This document shows positions 1 to 10,536 of a DNA stretch of 64,000 bases, in pieces (within the stretch, counting starts at the first letter, position 1; every line of letters starts with the position of its first letter). The notes under the pieces are model-generated. The model worked only from the letters and a program-made list of their open reading frames with translations, had not been told where the DNA came from and made no database searches. Both the position numbers and the translations under genes were made by a program. This stretch comes from a virus: the IMG/VR virus record IMGVR_UViG_3300036770_008700, positions 1 through 64,000 of that record; one strand, given 5' to 3'.

Positions 1-216
1 ATGACTGAAAACGTATGGATTCCAAAACAAGTTATTAAAACCGGTCCTTGGGTAGCTGTTCAATATCACGAAGTTAATGTATTAAATCTAGAACAAGCTG
101 TGGTTGATGCTCAAGTTGCTTTAGAGCAAGAAGCTGAAAAACATACCGACGATTGTACTTGGTGGGGTGATTGGAATAATTGTAGCTGTGGTTCTTTCGA
201 CACAAAAGAAAAGTAA
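1..216 (+). CDS. hypothetical protein
   Basis: 71-aa ORF at the window edge; no recognised motif. Confidence 0.55.
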   Translation: MTENVWIPKQVIKTGPWVAVQYHEVNVLNLEQAVVDAQVALEQEAEKHTDDCTWWGDWNNCSCGSFDTKEK

Positions 217-217
217 A

Positions 218-535
218 TTACTTTTTAAGGCTTTTGAGAGTTTTTGCTAATCTTGCTCTTTTGGCAGTTTTGCCGCCCATATCTTCCAGTTTTTCTAGAT
301 CTGTTTTAGAAAGAGGTTCATCACCTTTAACTAAACCTTTTCTCTTGGCAGTCGCACGTAGAGAACCAGGTTTCTTTACAGCCTTTTTAATCCAGTTTTT
401 CTTAGCTTCAGCGAGATATTCTTCTAATGCTTCTTCTTCCTCGTGAATACCTTCCTCATAACCGCATTCCATGCAAGCATCTTCGTAGGTTTCACGAATT
501 ATACGCTGTAGAGAAGCTTTTGTTAGTTTCGTCAT
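218..535 (-). CDS. small acidic/basic putative internal head protein
   Basis: N-terminal LQRIIRE leader, Glu-rich segment, then basic KNWIKKAVKKPGSLR domain; AGGAG RBS and TATATA motif upstream. Confidence 0.6.
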   Translation of the reverse strand: MTKLTKASLQRIIRETYEDACMECGYEEGIHEEEEALEEYLAEAKKNWIKKAVKKPGSLRATAKRKGLVKGDEPLSKTDLEKLEDMGGKTAKRARLAKTLKSLKK

Positions 536-609
536 AATAAAACACTCCTATGAATATATAGCTTTATTTGTTTATTTTGAGATGTTATCCTATAGCAAAG
601 GAGCGATGT

Positions 610-828
610 ATGAGGTATAACTTTGTGAAGTTTGTTAATATGGACAAGGCAGTTTTGGAAAAGAATGGGAATTATTTTCTTGCATCGTTTGCAAACGTGC
701 CTGTGTCTGGTCCAGAAATTCTTGTTTTCCCAGCGGATAAAAACGGTTGTGTTACTGACTGGGGTGAGATTGATGGTGGTAGAAGTTATGAAAACCTAGC
801 AGAGTTTATTTCTAAAAAGTGTGTCTGA
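610..828 (+). CDS. hypothetical protein
   Basis: ATG at 610 follows an AGGAG RBS (track start 568 is TTG). Confidence 0.55.
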   Translation: MRYNFVKFVNMDKAVLEKNGNYFLASFANVPVSGPEILVFPADKNGCVTDWGEIDGGRSYENLAEFISKKCV

Positions 829-845
829 ACTGAACAAGGTAGCCA

Positions 846-1382
846 ATGAAAGTCTTTAAAAGCATCTTTGGTGTTTCTAATGCCAAAACTGAAAAGCAAC
901 CAAAAACTGAAAAGCCAAAAGCTAAAGACAAGCCAAAGGGCAAAACAAAAGGCAAGGAAAAGGTTGAGCCTAAAAAGCGTGGACGGCCAACTAATGCCGA
1001 GCTAGCTGCAAAAGCACGTATTGAAAAGGAAGCTGATATCGCCTTTCGTAAAGAACTGCTTGAACGGCAGAAAGCTGCGGTATCTGGGTCATTGGTAGTA
1101 ACTGCAAGTGTTGATGATAGCACAGTTGCAACAAATAACCCAAATTGGGTGCCTCCATGGCCTATATTTCTCCCTGGTCAACGTGTTGAATCCATCTTCA
1201 AACGTGGTGATGGGAAAACAGAAAAAGGAACAGTTGGTAAAGATGATGTGAATTGTCCATCTATTCGAGTTAAATGGGATGACGGAAGTTCACAGTATGC
1301 AGCCAAACTTTCTCTGAAGCTTATTGTTAGAAAAACATACGAAAAGGTTTTTACCAAAAGTCGGTCCAAAAAGGAAGCATGA
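846..1382 (+). CDS. Lys-rich protein with AT-hook-like motif and C-terminal SH3-like domain
   Basis: KKRGRPT motif; PGQRVE...GTV...IRVKWDDG pattern. Confidence 0.55.
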   Translation: MKVFKSIFGVSNAKTEKQPKTEKPKAKDKPKGKTKGKEKVEPKKRGRPTNAELAAKARIEKEADIAFRKELLERQKAAVSGSLVVTASVDDSTVATNNPNWVPPWPIFLPGQRVESIFKRGDGKTEKGTVGKDDVNCPSIRVKWDDGSSQYAAKLSLKLIVRKTYEKVFTKSRSKKEA

Positions 1383-1384
1383 TT

Positions 1385-1549
1385 ATGTCGCTAACCAGAA
1401 ACGACAAACAACAAAACGACTATCTTAAAGTGATTCTTGAAGAAGTTCGTGGTTTGGCTTCTCAAATAAAAAAGCTAGATAACGAAATCAAAGAACTCAA
1501 AAAACAACTTGCCACTCAAGCCCCTTCAAACACCGAGAAAAAAACTTAA
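1385..1549 (+). CDS. small coiled-coil protein (not in ORF track)
   Basis: MSLTRNDKQQNDYLKVILEEVRGLASQIKKLDNEIKELKKQL... heptad pattern, 54 aa. Confidence 0.55.
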   Translation: MSLTRNDKQQNDYLKVILEEVRGLASQIKKLDNEIKELKKQLATQAPSNTEKKT

Positions 1550-1581
1550 ATCAAGAAACTAGAAACCTAGTTATTCTCAAC

Positions 1582-2271
1582 ATGAGAAGACTATCCTTGG
1601 TTTCTATTTTGTTTGAAGAACCAGAACAAGGGCCAGATGCCTTGTTCGGTAAATATATGTTTGACGATCAACGCAAAGATATCAAAAAAAGTGAAAAAGA
1701 AAAACCAACCGAAGAAGAAGAAAATGCACTTTCAGCATTAGCTCGGTATGTTGGATTCAACGTCAAATCAGACTTGGATGATGTTGCTCCAACCCTGTTA
1801 GCGTTAAAACAAAAAAATATGTATGCTCCATTGCTTGACCCTCTTAGGGGTGGCAGAGTAAACGTATACCGCATACTATTCCTAAATCCAGAAACAGCAA
1901 AATCAGTCTTTAATGTTAATGTGTCTCAACAAAAAGGAATGTTGCCACCTGGAACATTAAACCCAACCGGCACATCTCAGGTTCAAGGATGGACAACCGA
2001 TCCATCCATGTTCTATACCATTCTTAGAAAAGAAAAAGACAAACCAGTTTACATCATACTAAAAGCTAGCTTGAAAAAGAATGACAACTTCTTTGGAAAC
2101 CCAAAACGTCTTGCTGGAACAGTTGATGATGATTTTAAACATGAACGAGAAACATTGGCTCTTGGTTCAGTAAATTACGACAAAGGAATTTACTTTGTTT
2201 CTGAACCAACACAGGATAGCTCGGAAGACTTAAACCAAAAACTTTCCTTTGCTATTGCTACAATAAAATAA
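1582..2271 (+). CDS. ADP-ribosyltransferase-like protein with ILFE leader
   Basis: VYR...QGWTT...ERE resembles the R-S-E ART motifs; paralogue of 37230..37856; leader LVSILFEE. Confidence 0.5.
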   Translation: MRRLSLVSILFEEPEQGPDALFGKYMFDDQRKDIKKSEKEKPTEEEENALSALARYVGFNVKSDLDDVAPTLLALKQKNMYAPLLDPLRGGRVNVYRILFLNPETAKSVFNVNVSQQKGMLPPGTLNPTGTSQVQGWTTDPSMFYTILRKEKDKPVYIILKASLKKNDNFFGNPKRLAGTVDDDFKHERETLALGSVNYDKGIYFVSEPTQDSSEDLNQKLSFAIATIK

Positions 2272-2388
2272 ATCACTATAAATAATCTGTTAATTCAACA
2301 TATCTCCTCTTCATTCTATTCTCTTGGTTATCTTCCACAGCCAATACAATACCTTTATTTCTTGTTTTATTCTTGATAATATAGGATT

Positions 2389-4263
2389 ATGACAAACTCA
2401 ATCAAGCCTTCAAGGTTCGTAGGTCTTCACGCTCATAGCACAGTTGGGAGCATTGGAGATGCTATCGGCCTTCCACAAGAGCATATCGATTATGCTATTT
2501 CCAACAACATGGATGCTCTTGCTCTTACCGATCACGGTTCTATGGCTGGAGTATCTCACCAGCAAATCCATGCCAAGAAGCTCAAAGATAAGGGAGTTAA
2601 GTTTAAGTCTATTCCCGGCGTTGAAGCTTATTTCATCGATTCACTTTCTGAGTGGTCAAAGCTTGTTAAGATGCAAAAGGCCAACAAGGTTTTGGCCAAA
2701 GCTCTTGCTAATAATGAAACAATTGGAAATGAGCTAGCTGATACAGAAGCTGACATGGATGCCAAGCATGGCAAAGAAGTTTTGGAAGAGGAAGAAGGTG
2801 GAACTGTTGTAGAAATCGAAGCAGAATCAAAGAACAACAAGTTTTCTGATCCAATTGCTCAACGTAACCATATTGTTCTTCTGCCCAAGAACAATGCTGG
2901 GCTCAAGAGCCTTTTCCAAATGGTATCGGAAAGTTATATCGATGGCTTTTACCGTTATCCTCGCATTGACTTTGATATCCTAAAGCGTCATGCCAAGGGA
3001 AACATCATCGCTAGCTCTGCATGTATTGGTGGCCGTCTTGCAAAGGTTGTGTTTGATAATCAAGATCCTTCTCTTCAATGGAGAACCTGGGAAGTAACAA
3101 ACTATAATTTTGAAAAGATTCAATCTGAGCTTAAGAGCATTACAGATCGATTTGTTGATGCTCTTGGTGCACCAGAGAACTATTACATTGAACTCCAGAT
3201 GAATCGTCTTGTTCCTCAACATTTGGTAAATTATCATCTTATTGAGCTATCAAAGCGAACAGGACTTAAGCTTGTTGTTACCGTAGATTCTCACTATTCT
3301 AATCCTAATCACTGGAAGGAGCGTGAGGTTTACAAGGCTATGGCTTGGGCTTCAAAGACCAAGGGAACCATTGATCCCAACACTCTTCCTCAAACTGTTG
3401 AAGAGCTTAAGTGTGAGCTTTATCCAAAGAATGCCGATCAGCTTTGGAATACCTACCTTGAGCAAAAGGCGGTATATCCAGAACTTTATAACGACGATCA
3501 ACTTATTTGTGATGCTATTGAACGCACCCATGATATTGCTCACCAGCTTATTGGTGACGTTTCTGTTGACCGTTCTGTGAAGCTTCCCGGCATTGGTCGT
3601 CTTATTGAAAAGAATGCCCTAGAAAAGCTTCTAGAGGCTTCTACGGGCATGTCTGAGGATGATGTAGCATTCAAGCAGTTGGTGCAGCTAGCAATTAATG
3701 GTTTGCGTAACGTTGGACGCAATCATGATGATGTTTACATTAAGCGATTGAAGTATGAACTTGATACCATCAAGCATCTTCGCTTTGCAAAATACTTTCT
3801 CACATATCACAAGATTATGGATATTGCTGGAAAGGAAATGCTTATCGGGAATGGTCGTGGTTCTGCTGCTGGCTCGCTGCTATCATATGTTTTGAATATT
3901 ACGCAGGTTGATCCTATTCGTTTTGGTTTGCTATTCGAACGTTTCTTGGTTAAGTCTAAAAAGTGTTTGCTCCCCACTACTTATGTATTGGCACATGATC
4001 ATCGTCTAGTAACACTTAAAGATGTAAAAATGTTAAAAGATTTGGAAGTTGGGGATATGGTGTATACACATACAAAAGCATGGAAACCAGTTGTAAGCAA
4101 AGAAGAAACACTGCATAAAACACTTGTAGAATTTGAACTAGAAGACGGTACTATGCTTACAAGCAGCCCCAACCATCTTTGGATTGTTATTCGTGAAGGA
4201 AAAGAAATAGAGGTTAGGGCCGATGAAATCAGAGAAACCGACGAGTTTATTAAAATGCTGTAA
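2389..4263 (+). CDS. dnaE: DNA polymerase III alpha, N-terminal part (PHP domain) fused to split-intein N-half
   Basis: [27 protein letters not shown] motifs; then CLLPTTYV... intein block A and TSSPNH block B up to the stop. Confidence 0.95.
   Translation: MTNSIKPSRFVGLHAHSTVGSIGDAIGLPQEHIDYAISNNMDALALTDHGSMAGVSHQQIHAKKLKDKGVKFKSIPGVEAYFIDSLSEWSKLVKMQKANKVLAKALANNETIGNELADTEADMDAKHGKEVLEEEEGGTVVEIEAESKNNKFSDPIAQRNHIVLLPKNNAGLKSLFQMVSESYIDGFYRYPRIDFDILKRHAKGNIIASSACIGGRLAKVVFDNQDPSLQWRTWEVTNYNFEKIQSELKSITDRFVDALGAPENYYIELQMNRLVPQHLVNYHLIELSKRTGLKLVVTVDSHYSNPNHWKEREVYKAMAWASKTKGTIDPNTLPQTVEELKCELYPKNADQLWNTYLEQKAVYPELYNDDQLICDAIERTHDIAHQLIGDVSVDRSVKLPGIGRLIEKNALEKLLEASTGMSEDDVAFKQLVQLAINGLRNVGRNHDDVYIKRLKYELDTIKHLRFAKYFLTYHKIMDIAGKEMLIGNGRGSAAGSLLSYVLNITQVDPIRFGLLFERFLVKSKKCLLPTTYVLAHDHRLVTLKDVKMLKDLEVGDMVYTHTKAWKPVVSKEETLHKTLVEFELEDGTMLTSSPNHLWIVIREGKEIEVRADEIRETDEFIKML
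3964..4260 (+). mobile_element. split intein N-fragment (99 aa)
   Basis: Starts with Cys right after [10 protein letters not shown]; contains LEVGDMV and TSSPNHLW; ends [14 protein letters not shown]. Confidence 0.9.
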
Positions 4264-5185
4264 AAACTGTGGAAATGAGTTTGAGCTAATAATTCCAGAA
4301 AAAAATGGGAGTGGTAGCTCAAACTCACTTAGACGAGTTTTTTGCAATGACAAATGCAAAAATCAGTTTGGTAGGAATAAAGAAGAAGGAAAAGTAAATC
4401 GTATTTGCAAAATATGTGACAAAACTTTTCTTAGCTATCCTTCACAGAAACGCTCTTACTGTTCTAGAAAATGTCAAAATGAAAGTAAAAAAGTAGCACA
4501 CGTTGAAAGAAAGTGTGAATACTGTAATAGTATTTTTGAAGGCAAGCCAAGTGATTTGAATGTGTATTTCTGCTCTAGAGAATGCTTCCATAAAGCCGGA
4601 AGAGAAGTAAAAACTTGCATTACCTGTAAAAAACAGTTTGAAATAAAAAAATCTGATAATCATATTCAACGATGCAGTCGTCAATGTCAGTTCGTTGATC
4701 AGTCGAACGGTAAAATCAAAATACACCTAAATGGCAGAACAGGTTATCGCATTGATTTAGGAATGAAAGATTATTTCAAAAGTGCTCTAGAGGCAGATTA
4801 TGCAAGGTTCCTTGAATATTTTGGGATTCAATACATTTATGAAGGTAAAACGTTCCTAACAGCTATAGGGGCATATACTCCCGACTTCTTCTTGCCAGAA
4901 CTAAACTTATTTGTTGAACTCAAAGGTGTAGAGGATAATGGAAAACCATTCGAAAAAATGATGACAAAGAATCTTTTAAAGCACCAATCGGTACTAGAAC
5001 AAGCCAGCAAAATAATAACAATAACACAAAAAGAGTTTATAGCTGGAATAAAAGCTGCTAATCTATGGTCAACTATTCCCAACCTAGAACAAAGAAACTA
5101 TAAAAAAACAAAAGGATTGGTTGTCACATATGAAGATCAAACAAATCAACAAAGTAAACCTAGCAACTCCAATCAAGCTGGTTGA
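4223..5185 (+). CDS. free-standing homing-type endonuclease: Zn-ribbon repeats plus PD-(D/E)XK domain
   Basis: Repeated CxxC...(F/Y)CSxxC; FKSALEA...YTPDFFL...VELKG; overlaps both dnaE halves. Confidence 0.8.
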   Translation: MKSEKPTSLLKCCKNCGNEFELIIPEKNGSGSSNSLRRVFCNDKCKNQFGRNKEEGKVNRICKICDKTFLSYPSQKRSYCSRKCQNESKKVAHVERKCEYCNSIFEGKPSDLNVYFCSRECFHKAGREVKTCITCKKQFEIKKSDNHIQRCSRQCQFVDQSNGKIKIHLNGRTGYRIDLGMKDYFKSALEADYARFLEYFGIQYIYEGKTFLTAIGAYTPDFFLPELNLFVELKGVEDNGKPFEKMMTKNLLKHQSVLEQASKIITITQKEFIAGIKAANLWSTIPNLEQRNYKKTKGLVVTYEDQTNQQSKPSNSNQAG

Positions 5186-5258
5186 TATTGGAGTTGAAGG
5201 CGATCACACGTTTTTTGTAAGCGACAAACCAAACGGAAACTTTTTCCTTACACATAAC
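5130..5258 (+). mobile_element. split intein C-fragment (43 aa)
   Basis: Block F (VDIGV..DHTFF) and block G (THN), with Ser as the +1 residue. Confidence 0.9.
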
Positions 5259-7370
5259 TCATTTCCCGACATTGATTCAGATTTTTCTGATCGTGATCGT
5301 GCTGTAAAACTTCTTATTGAGTTCTTCGGCAGCGAGAACGTTATTCCTGTAACCAACTTTGCACAGCTTCAACTTCGTTCTCTTATTAAGGATGTTGCAC
5401 GTTTGCACAATCTTCCATTTGAGACAATCAACGCTGCAACAGGAAAGATTGAGAAAGAAGTGTTGGATGTTGCCAAGCAAGTAGAAGGTTTTGACCGTGG
5501 CACATGGGTATTGACCTTTGAAGCTGCTATGAATGATAGTCCCACATTCCAAGAGCTTATGGAAACTTATCCAGAGTTTCAAACCACCATCAAGGTGCTA
5601 TTCAAGCAAATGCGTGGATTGTCTCGTCACGCTGGAGGAGTGATTATTACCGAGAACAGTCGTGAAGGTATGCCGCTTATCAAAGCTGGTGGTGAGCTAC
5701 AAACACCATGGCCAGAAGGTGTTAACTTTCGTCATCTTGAAGAGTTTGGTTTGCTGAAGTTCGATATTCTTGGACTTGGTACACTCCGTATGTTCGAACA
5801 ATGTGTGCGACGTATTCTGCAAAAGCAGGGCAACAAGCATCCAACTTTCAAACAAATCAAGCAATGGTTTTGGGATAACTTGCATCCAGACAACAATCTT
5901 ATGGATGATAAGAAGGTATACGAGCACGTTTTCTGGAATGGAAACTACACAGGAATCTTTCAGTTTATTAACGACAAAACACAAAACTTCATGCGTCACA
6001 TGAAGCCGAAGTCTGTAACAGATATTGCTGTAGCTACATCTATCTTTCGTCCTGGTCCTCTATCTCTCAAGGTAGATCAACGATTCTTGAATAACCGTTC
6101 TAATCCAGATTCGGTTGTATACAAGCATCCTCTTCTCAAAGAAGTGTTTGCTGAAACTTCTGGATTGCTTGTGTTTCAAGAGCAGCTTCAAATGATTTAT
6201 CACAAGCTCGCTGGTGTTCCTCTAGAGGACACAGACGGTATTCGTAAGGCATTTACCAAGAAGGAAATCAACAATAAGGAAAAGGCACAAGCAGAGCGTA
6301 ACAAGCTACGTCAAAGCTTTATTGATGCTTGCAACAAGGCTAATGGAATTGATGCCAAGGATTGTGGTGACATCTTTGATGAAATGGAAAAGCTTGTCGC
6401 TTATTCGTTCAATAAGTCTCACGCTGTATGCTACGCAATTACTACATGGCAATGCGCTTGGTTTCTAACCTATTATCCAGACGAATGGATTGCTACATAT
6501 ATTGATTATTGTGCAATTTCTAAGGGCAAGGTAACAGGCAAGGAAGATCCAAAGGCTATTGCGATTAAAGAAGCTAAGGCTCTTGGTTATGAGCTAACCA
6601 AGCCAGACATTAACGTGTCTGAATATGAGATTATCTCACATCCTGTTTTTGACAAGACTCTTGTGCCAAGCTTTAGCTCACTCAAGCATGTTGGTAAGAC
6701 TGCGGTTTCTGAGATTCAACAGTTTCGTCCATATAATTCTGTAAATGATTTGCTTGTTAATCCAGATGGTTCATGGAGACACAGCAAGTTTAACAAGAGT
6801 GCGTTGTCAGCGTTGATTAAGCTTGAGGCACTAGGTTCCATGAATATTGTTGGTGAAGGTAAGCTGTTTAAGAACTACAAGCAGGTTCATGCTGTTCTTG
6901 TAGAACGATATGACGAGTTTAAGCGTATTACCTCACGTAAGAAGAATAATGATATTGCTCAACCTCTTGCTGCTGCTATTGCAGAGGTTCAAGGCATGGA
7001 AGACTGGACCAAGGCAGAGAAGATGGAGTTTACCAAGGAGCTTGCTGGGTCTGTTGATTTTGATTTGCTTCTTTCCAAGGAAGCTCGTGAGAAGCTTGAT
7101 GAACTTGGTTTTGAATCTATTGATAACTGGAGTGAGAAGGGAAATTACTGGGCCATCGTGGCTTCTGCTGGTCTAGCTAAAACCAAAACAGGCAAGACTT
7201 ATCTTAAGCTTCGGTTGTTTGCTGAAGCTAACAAGGAAGTAACTTGCTTTATTTGGGGTTGGAGAGGTGAAGTAAACCTTGCGCAAAACGATGTTATTGT
7301 TGGATTGTTTGATAAAAGTGATTTTGGATTTTCTTGTTATCAGAACAAGATTTACAAGATTTCAAGCTAA
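5130..7370 (+). CDS. dnaE: split-intein C-half fused to DNA polymerase III alpha C-terminal part
   Basis: MKIKQI...[12 protein letters not shown]...LTHN followed by SFPDIDSDF, HAGGVII, KFDILGL, FQEQ, YSFNKSHA. Confidence 0.95.
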   Translation: MKIKQINKVNLATPIKLVDIGVEGDHTFFVSDKPNGNFFLTHNSFPDIDSDFSDRDRAVKLLIEFFGSENVIPVTNFAQLQLRSLIKDVARLHNLPFETINAATGKIEKEVLDVAKQVEGFDRGTWVLTFEAAMNDSPTFQELMETYPEFQTTIKVLFKQMRGLSRHAGGVIITENSREGMPLIKAGGELQTPWPEGVNFRHLEEFGLLKFDILGLGTLRMFEQCVRRILQKQGNKHPTFKQIKQWFWDNLHPDNNLMDDKKVYEHVFWNGNYTGIFQFINDKTQNFMRHMKPKSVTDIAVATSIFRPGPLSLKVDQRFLNNRSNPDSVVYKHPLLKEVFAETSGLLVFQEQLQMIYHKLAGVPLEDTDGIRKAFTKKEINNKEKAQAERNKLRQSFIDACNKANGIDAKDCGDIFDEMEKLVAYSFNKSHAVCYAITTWQCAWFLTYYPDEWIATYIDYCAISKGKVTGKEDPKAIAIKEAKALGYELTKPDINVSEYEIISHPVFDKTLVPSFSSLKHVGKTAVSEIQQFRPYNSVNDLLVNPDGSWRHSKFNKSALSALIKLEALGSMNIVGEGKLFKNYKQVHAVLVERYDEFKRITSRKKNNDIAQPLAAAIAEVQGMEDWTKAEKMEFTKELAGSVDFDLLLSKEAREKLDELGFESIDNWSEKGNYWAIVASAGLAKTKTGKTYLKLRLFAEANKEVTCFIWGWRGEVNLAQNDVIVGLFDKSDFGFSCYQNKIYKISS

Positions 7371-7424
7371 AAAACCTCAAAATCATATCGTGAAATATCA
7401 TTTGGAAAAGCATATATATGGCAT

Positions 7425-8762
7425 ATGACCAACCTAATTTCCATTCTTTACGAAATAACCCGATATGAAAGAGAGACAGGAGAAAGTCTTCCTAGCTCGC
7501 AAGAACAAATCATTAAATACGAGGAACAAGGTGGATACTTTATCCATTTTTCTAATGTTCCAAGAATAGGATTATACATTGTAAACAAATACAATACCCC
7601 TATTGGATTTTATGCCTATCCTTTAAATAGAAAGAAGATGGCTGACTTTGCTGTAGACAGACCTTATGCCATTATCTTCAAACCTAAGCCAGAAGCAAAA
7701 ATTTTAGATACTAAGAAGTATGGTGAAGGTGACTACAAGGCAGATGTTGATGAACTTGTTGATATGGGCTATTCTTTAGATGATATCAATGAGGCAGCAA
7801 GAAATGCCAGAAGGCCAAGACCTGCTGGAAAAATCTGGAATGTTACAAGAGTTTTGAGTGGTTCTGATAAAAAAACTGATGATGATTCAGCAACAAGAGG
7901 TGGAGGACCAACAGGTAAATGGTCAATGCTTCTTAAAAAACTTGGTTACGATGGAGTTAATGACGATTGTTTTAGCATCATCCATCCATCCGAGCCTTGT
8001 CAAGCTGTGTTTTTTGATACAGGCAAGCTTGATTTAATCAAAATACTTGACATGAAGGGCACAGGCATAAAATATAAGAGTGACTTATTTGAACCCGAAA
8101 ACCAAGACTTAAAACAAGCAGCTAATTCAAAAACTTCACCGAAACGTTTAGCAATGCTTGCAAAAAGTAAAAACAATCAGGTTCGTAGAAATGTTGCTAA
8201 GAATCCAAACACTTCACCAGAAACTTTGAGAGATTTAGCAAACCCAGAAATAGAAAGCAATGAAGATGTTCGTGAGTATGTATATTCAAATCCAAACTGT
8301 CCACCAGATATTTTAACAGCAGTTGCTGAAAGTTCAGATGGTAGATTAGATACTATTATTGCAGAAAACCCAAACACTCCACCAGAAACGTTAAGAAAGC
8401 TTGCAACAAAAGGACGAGGTGATAATTTTTGGCTTCGTAGAAGTGTTGTTGGTAATGAAAACTGTCCACCAGATATTTTAAGTGACCTTGCAAAAAATGA
8501 CCCCGAATTATTCGTTCGTGTTGTAGCTATATCCAATCCAAGTATTCCAGTAGAAGCATTGGAATTCCTAGCAAATGACACAGAAAAGCAAATTCGTATG
8601 AATGTTGCAAAGAACAATAAAACTCCAAGGGATATTTTGATTAAACTTAGCAAAGACCCATCACATTTCGTTTCAGATGCTGCTGAAAGAACACTTAAAA
8701 ATCTTGGTATTACCGAAGCTTTGATCATGCAAAAAGTATTTAACAAGCTGCTTGGGTATTAA
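7425..8762 (+). CDS. ART-like N-terminal domain plus LRV/HEAT-like repeats; ILYE leader
   Basis: IHFS...GFYAYP...GYDG...EPCQAVFF; repeats VRxxVAxNPNTPPExL; paralogue of 42503..43918. Confidence 0.65.
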   Translation: MTNLISILYEITRYERETGESLPSSQEQIIKYEEQGGYFIHFSNVPRIGLYIVNKYNTPIGFYAYPLNRKKMADFAVDRPYAIIFKPKPEAKILDTKKYGEGDYKADVDELVDMGYSLDDINEAARNARRPRPAGKIWNVTRVLSGSDKKTDDDSATRGGGPTGKWSMLLKKLGYDGVNDDCFSIIHPSEPCQAVFFDTGKLDLIKILDMKGTGIKYKSDLFEPENQDLKQAANSKTSPKRLAMLAKSKNNQVRRNVAKNPNTSPETLRDLANPEIESNEDVREYVYSNPNCPPDILTAVAESSDGRLDTIIAENPNTPPETLRKLATKGRGDNFWLRRSVVGNENCPPDILSDLAKNDPELFVRVVAISNPSIPVEALEFLANDTEKQIRMNVAKNNKTPRDILIKLSKDPSHFVSDAAERTLKNLGITEALIMQKVFNKLLGY

Positions 8763-8794
8763 TCAAAATAGCTCTTTGTTGATACTTATCAACC

Positions 8795-9658
8795 ATGAAG
8801 CTATATCCAATACTTTTTGAAGCAGCAACTCCACCTCCACTACCAATAACAAAAAAAACTTTAACTTCATATACAGCACCAGACTTTGCTCTTTTTGTAT
8901 ATGAAGATGCAGAAACACGCTTGGTATTGGTTCATACCAATTCATTGCTAGACTACCTAAGCAACCCAGATGGTGATGTTCCATTTGAAGATATCTGTGC
9001 TGCTATGATTGAATGCGAAGAAAGAGGAAGCGATTGTCTTGGTGTTATGCAAGTAACCCTTGCTGTTGGCAGTCCAAAATGGAAAGGTGCTGGAATAAGC
9101 ATTTATGGTATTGCTAGCAATTATTTTGGAGCGCCATTAATAAGCGATAGAGATCACAGTAGCTCTGTGGCTTCTAGAGAAACATGGGCAAAAATTGAGA
9201 AAAGTTCAGAGTGGACAAAAGCTGGAGAAGGTTTGGACAACTATGCCAAAACACCCAAAGGAAATATCTACGTTGATATTGAAGGCACTTATCCCAAGCG
9301 TTTAGCAGAACCAAGAATCAAACAAGATAAAAAACTTTCCATCACATCTTTTAAAGATATAACACCAGATAAGACATTTCCAAAAACATCAACAACTGTT
9401 GATGATTGCCCATTACCATCAAAAGGTGGTTTTATTTTAGATCCAGAAGAAATGGCCGACCTTGTTGGAACAGCAGATGCATATCGCTATACAGGTCCAC
9501 TCAATGCTGAACCATTAGTTAAACAAGGAGAAAAGCTGCTTCAACTAACAAGAGATGCAAAAGTAAATCCAAAAGACATTTACGTAAAAGAGGTTCTTCT
9601 TACTATGTCTACAGAGCTATTTAGAAGTCGCTACAGAGGATCGGAAACAGCACGATGA
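8795..9658 (+). CDS. GNAT-like protein with MKLYPILFE leader
   Basis: WKGAGISIY...ISDR...SSVASRETW resembles an acetyl-CoA-binding motif; tandem paralogue of the next gene. Confidence 0.5.
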   Translation: MKLYPILFEAATPPPLPITKKTLTSYTAPDFALFVYEDAETRLVLVHTNSLLDYLSNPDGDVPFEDICAAMIECEERGSDCLGVMQVTLAVGSPKWKGAGISIYGIASNYFGAPLISDRDHSSSVASRETWAKIEKSSEWTKAGEGLDNYAKTPKGNIYVDIEGTYPKRLAEPRIKQDKKLSITSFKDITPDKTFPKTSTTVDDCPLPSKGGFILDPEEMADLVGTADAYRYTGPLNAEPLVKQGEKLLQLTRDAKVNPKDIYVKEVLLTMSTELFRSRYRGSETAR

Positions 9659-10479
9659 TTAAGCTTTACAAAATTTTGTTCGAACAACAAGAACAACTTA
9701 AACTTTTAAGTCCAGAACAAATGAAAGCACCAGAAAGTGCTTTCAGCCATCTAAAAACACCCAAAGTGTTCAAAAGCTACGCTGCGCCAACTTTTGCAGT
9801 GCACAAATGGAAATCTGGTAGTGAGCATGGATTCGCATTGTTTCATGTTGATATGTTACGAAAATGGATTGAAAGTCAAAAGTCGTTTCCATACGAAAAA
9901 TGGCTTTGTGCATACGCTGCTACATACAATGAACACCAAGGCGATTGTAGCGATGCGGTAGAAGTCAACTACATTGCAAGAAGCCCAGAGTTTCCCGGTG
10001 CTGGTTCAGTAATGTATGCCTTGGTTTCAGATTACTTTGGAGCACCAATCACAAGCGACAGACAAAGCTCAACAAGTAACTCAGCCAAAAAAGCTTGGGC
10101 AAATATTGAATCAAGTTCAGACTGGACAAAAGTTGCGTTAGATAACTTTAAAGATGGGCCGACTTGGTATAGAATCGATGGCAATTGGCCAAACCGAAAA
10201 GTAAAAGCTGCTGACGAACCAGCAACTCCAGGTGATGATTCCGATGATTGCAATCTACCAGTTGCGGCTGATGAAGAAGGTATAAACAAAAAACTAGGAA
10301 CAGCCGACGCTTGGTTGTATAAAGGCAATATAGACTCAAGTAGTCTCATAGATCGTGGCTATAGTGCTATAAGCGAAATAGCTGATGAAACAGGAGGGTA
10401 CATCACTGATATCGAAAAGGATATAGAGAGTCTCTCAAATAGTCTATTTGTGAAATACTACAAAGGTATTAGTGGATGA
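9655..10479 (+). CDS. GNAT-like protein with KLYKILFE leader
   Basis: FPGAGSVMY...TSDR...AKKAW; shares DDCxLP and GTADA with 8795..9658. Confidence 0.5.
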   Translation: MIKLYKILFEQQEQLKLLSPEQMKAPESAFSHLKTPKVFKSYAAPTFAVHKWKSGSEHGFALFHVDMLRKWIESQKSFPYEKWLCAYAATYNEHQGDCSDAVEVNYIARSPEFPGAGSVMYALVSDYFGAPITSDRQSSTSNSAKKAWANIESSSDWTKVALDNFKDGPTWYRIDGNWPNRKVKAADEPATPGDDSDDCNLPVAADEEGINKKLGTADAWLYKGNIDSSSLIDRGYSAISEIADETGGYITDIEKDIESLSNSLFVKYYKGISG

Positions 10480-10536
10480 AGCTGTCGTTCAACTATCAAA
10501 AGATGGTACCAGCATAATGGGTTTGTAATCTGATAC

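Noticed and set aside
4223-5185. Frameshift or assembly error splitting a contiguous intein
   Set aside because: Both intein halves have proper split-type ends (stop after IntN; MKIK start for IntC), and the middle ORF is a complete non-LAGLIDADG nuclease gene.
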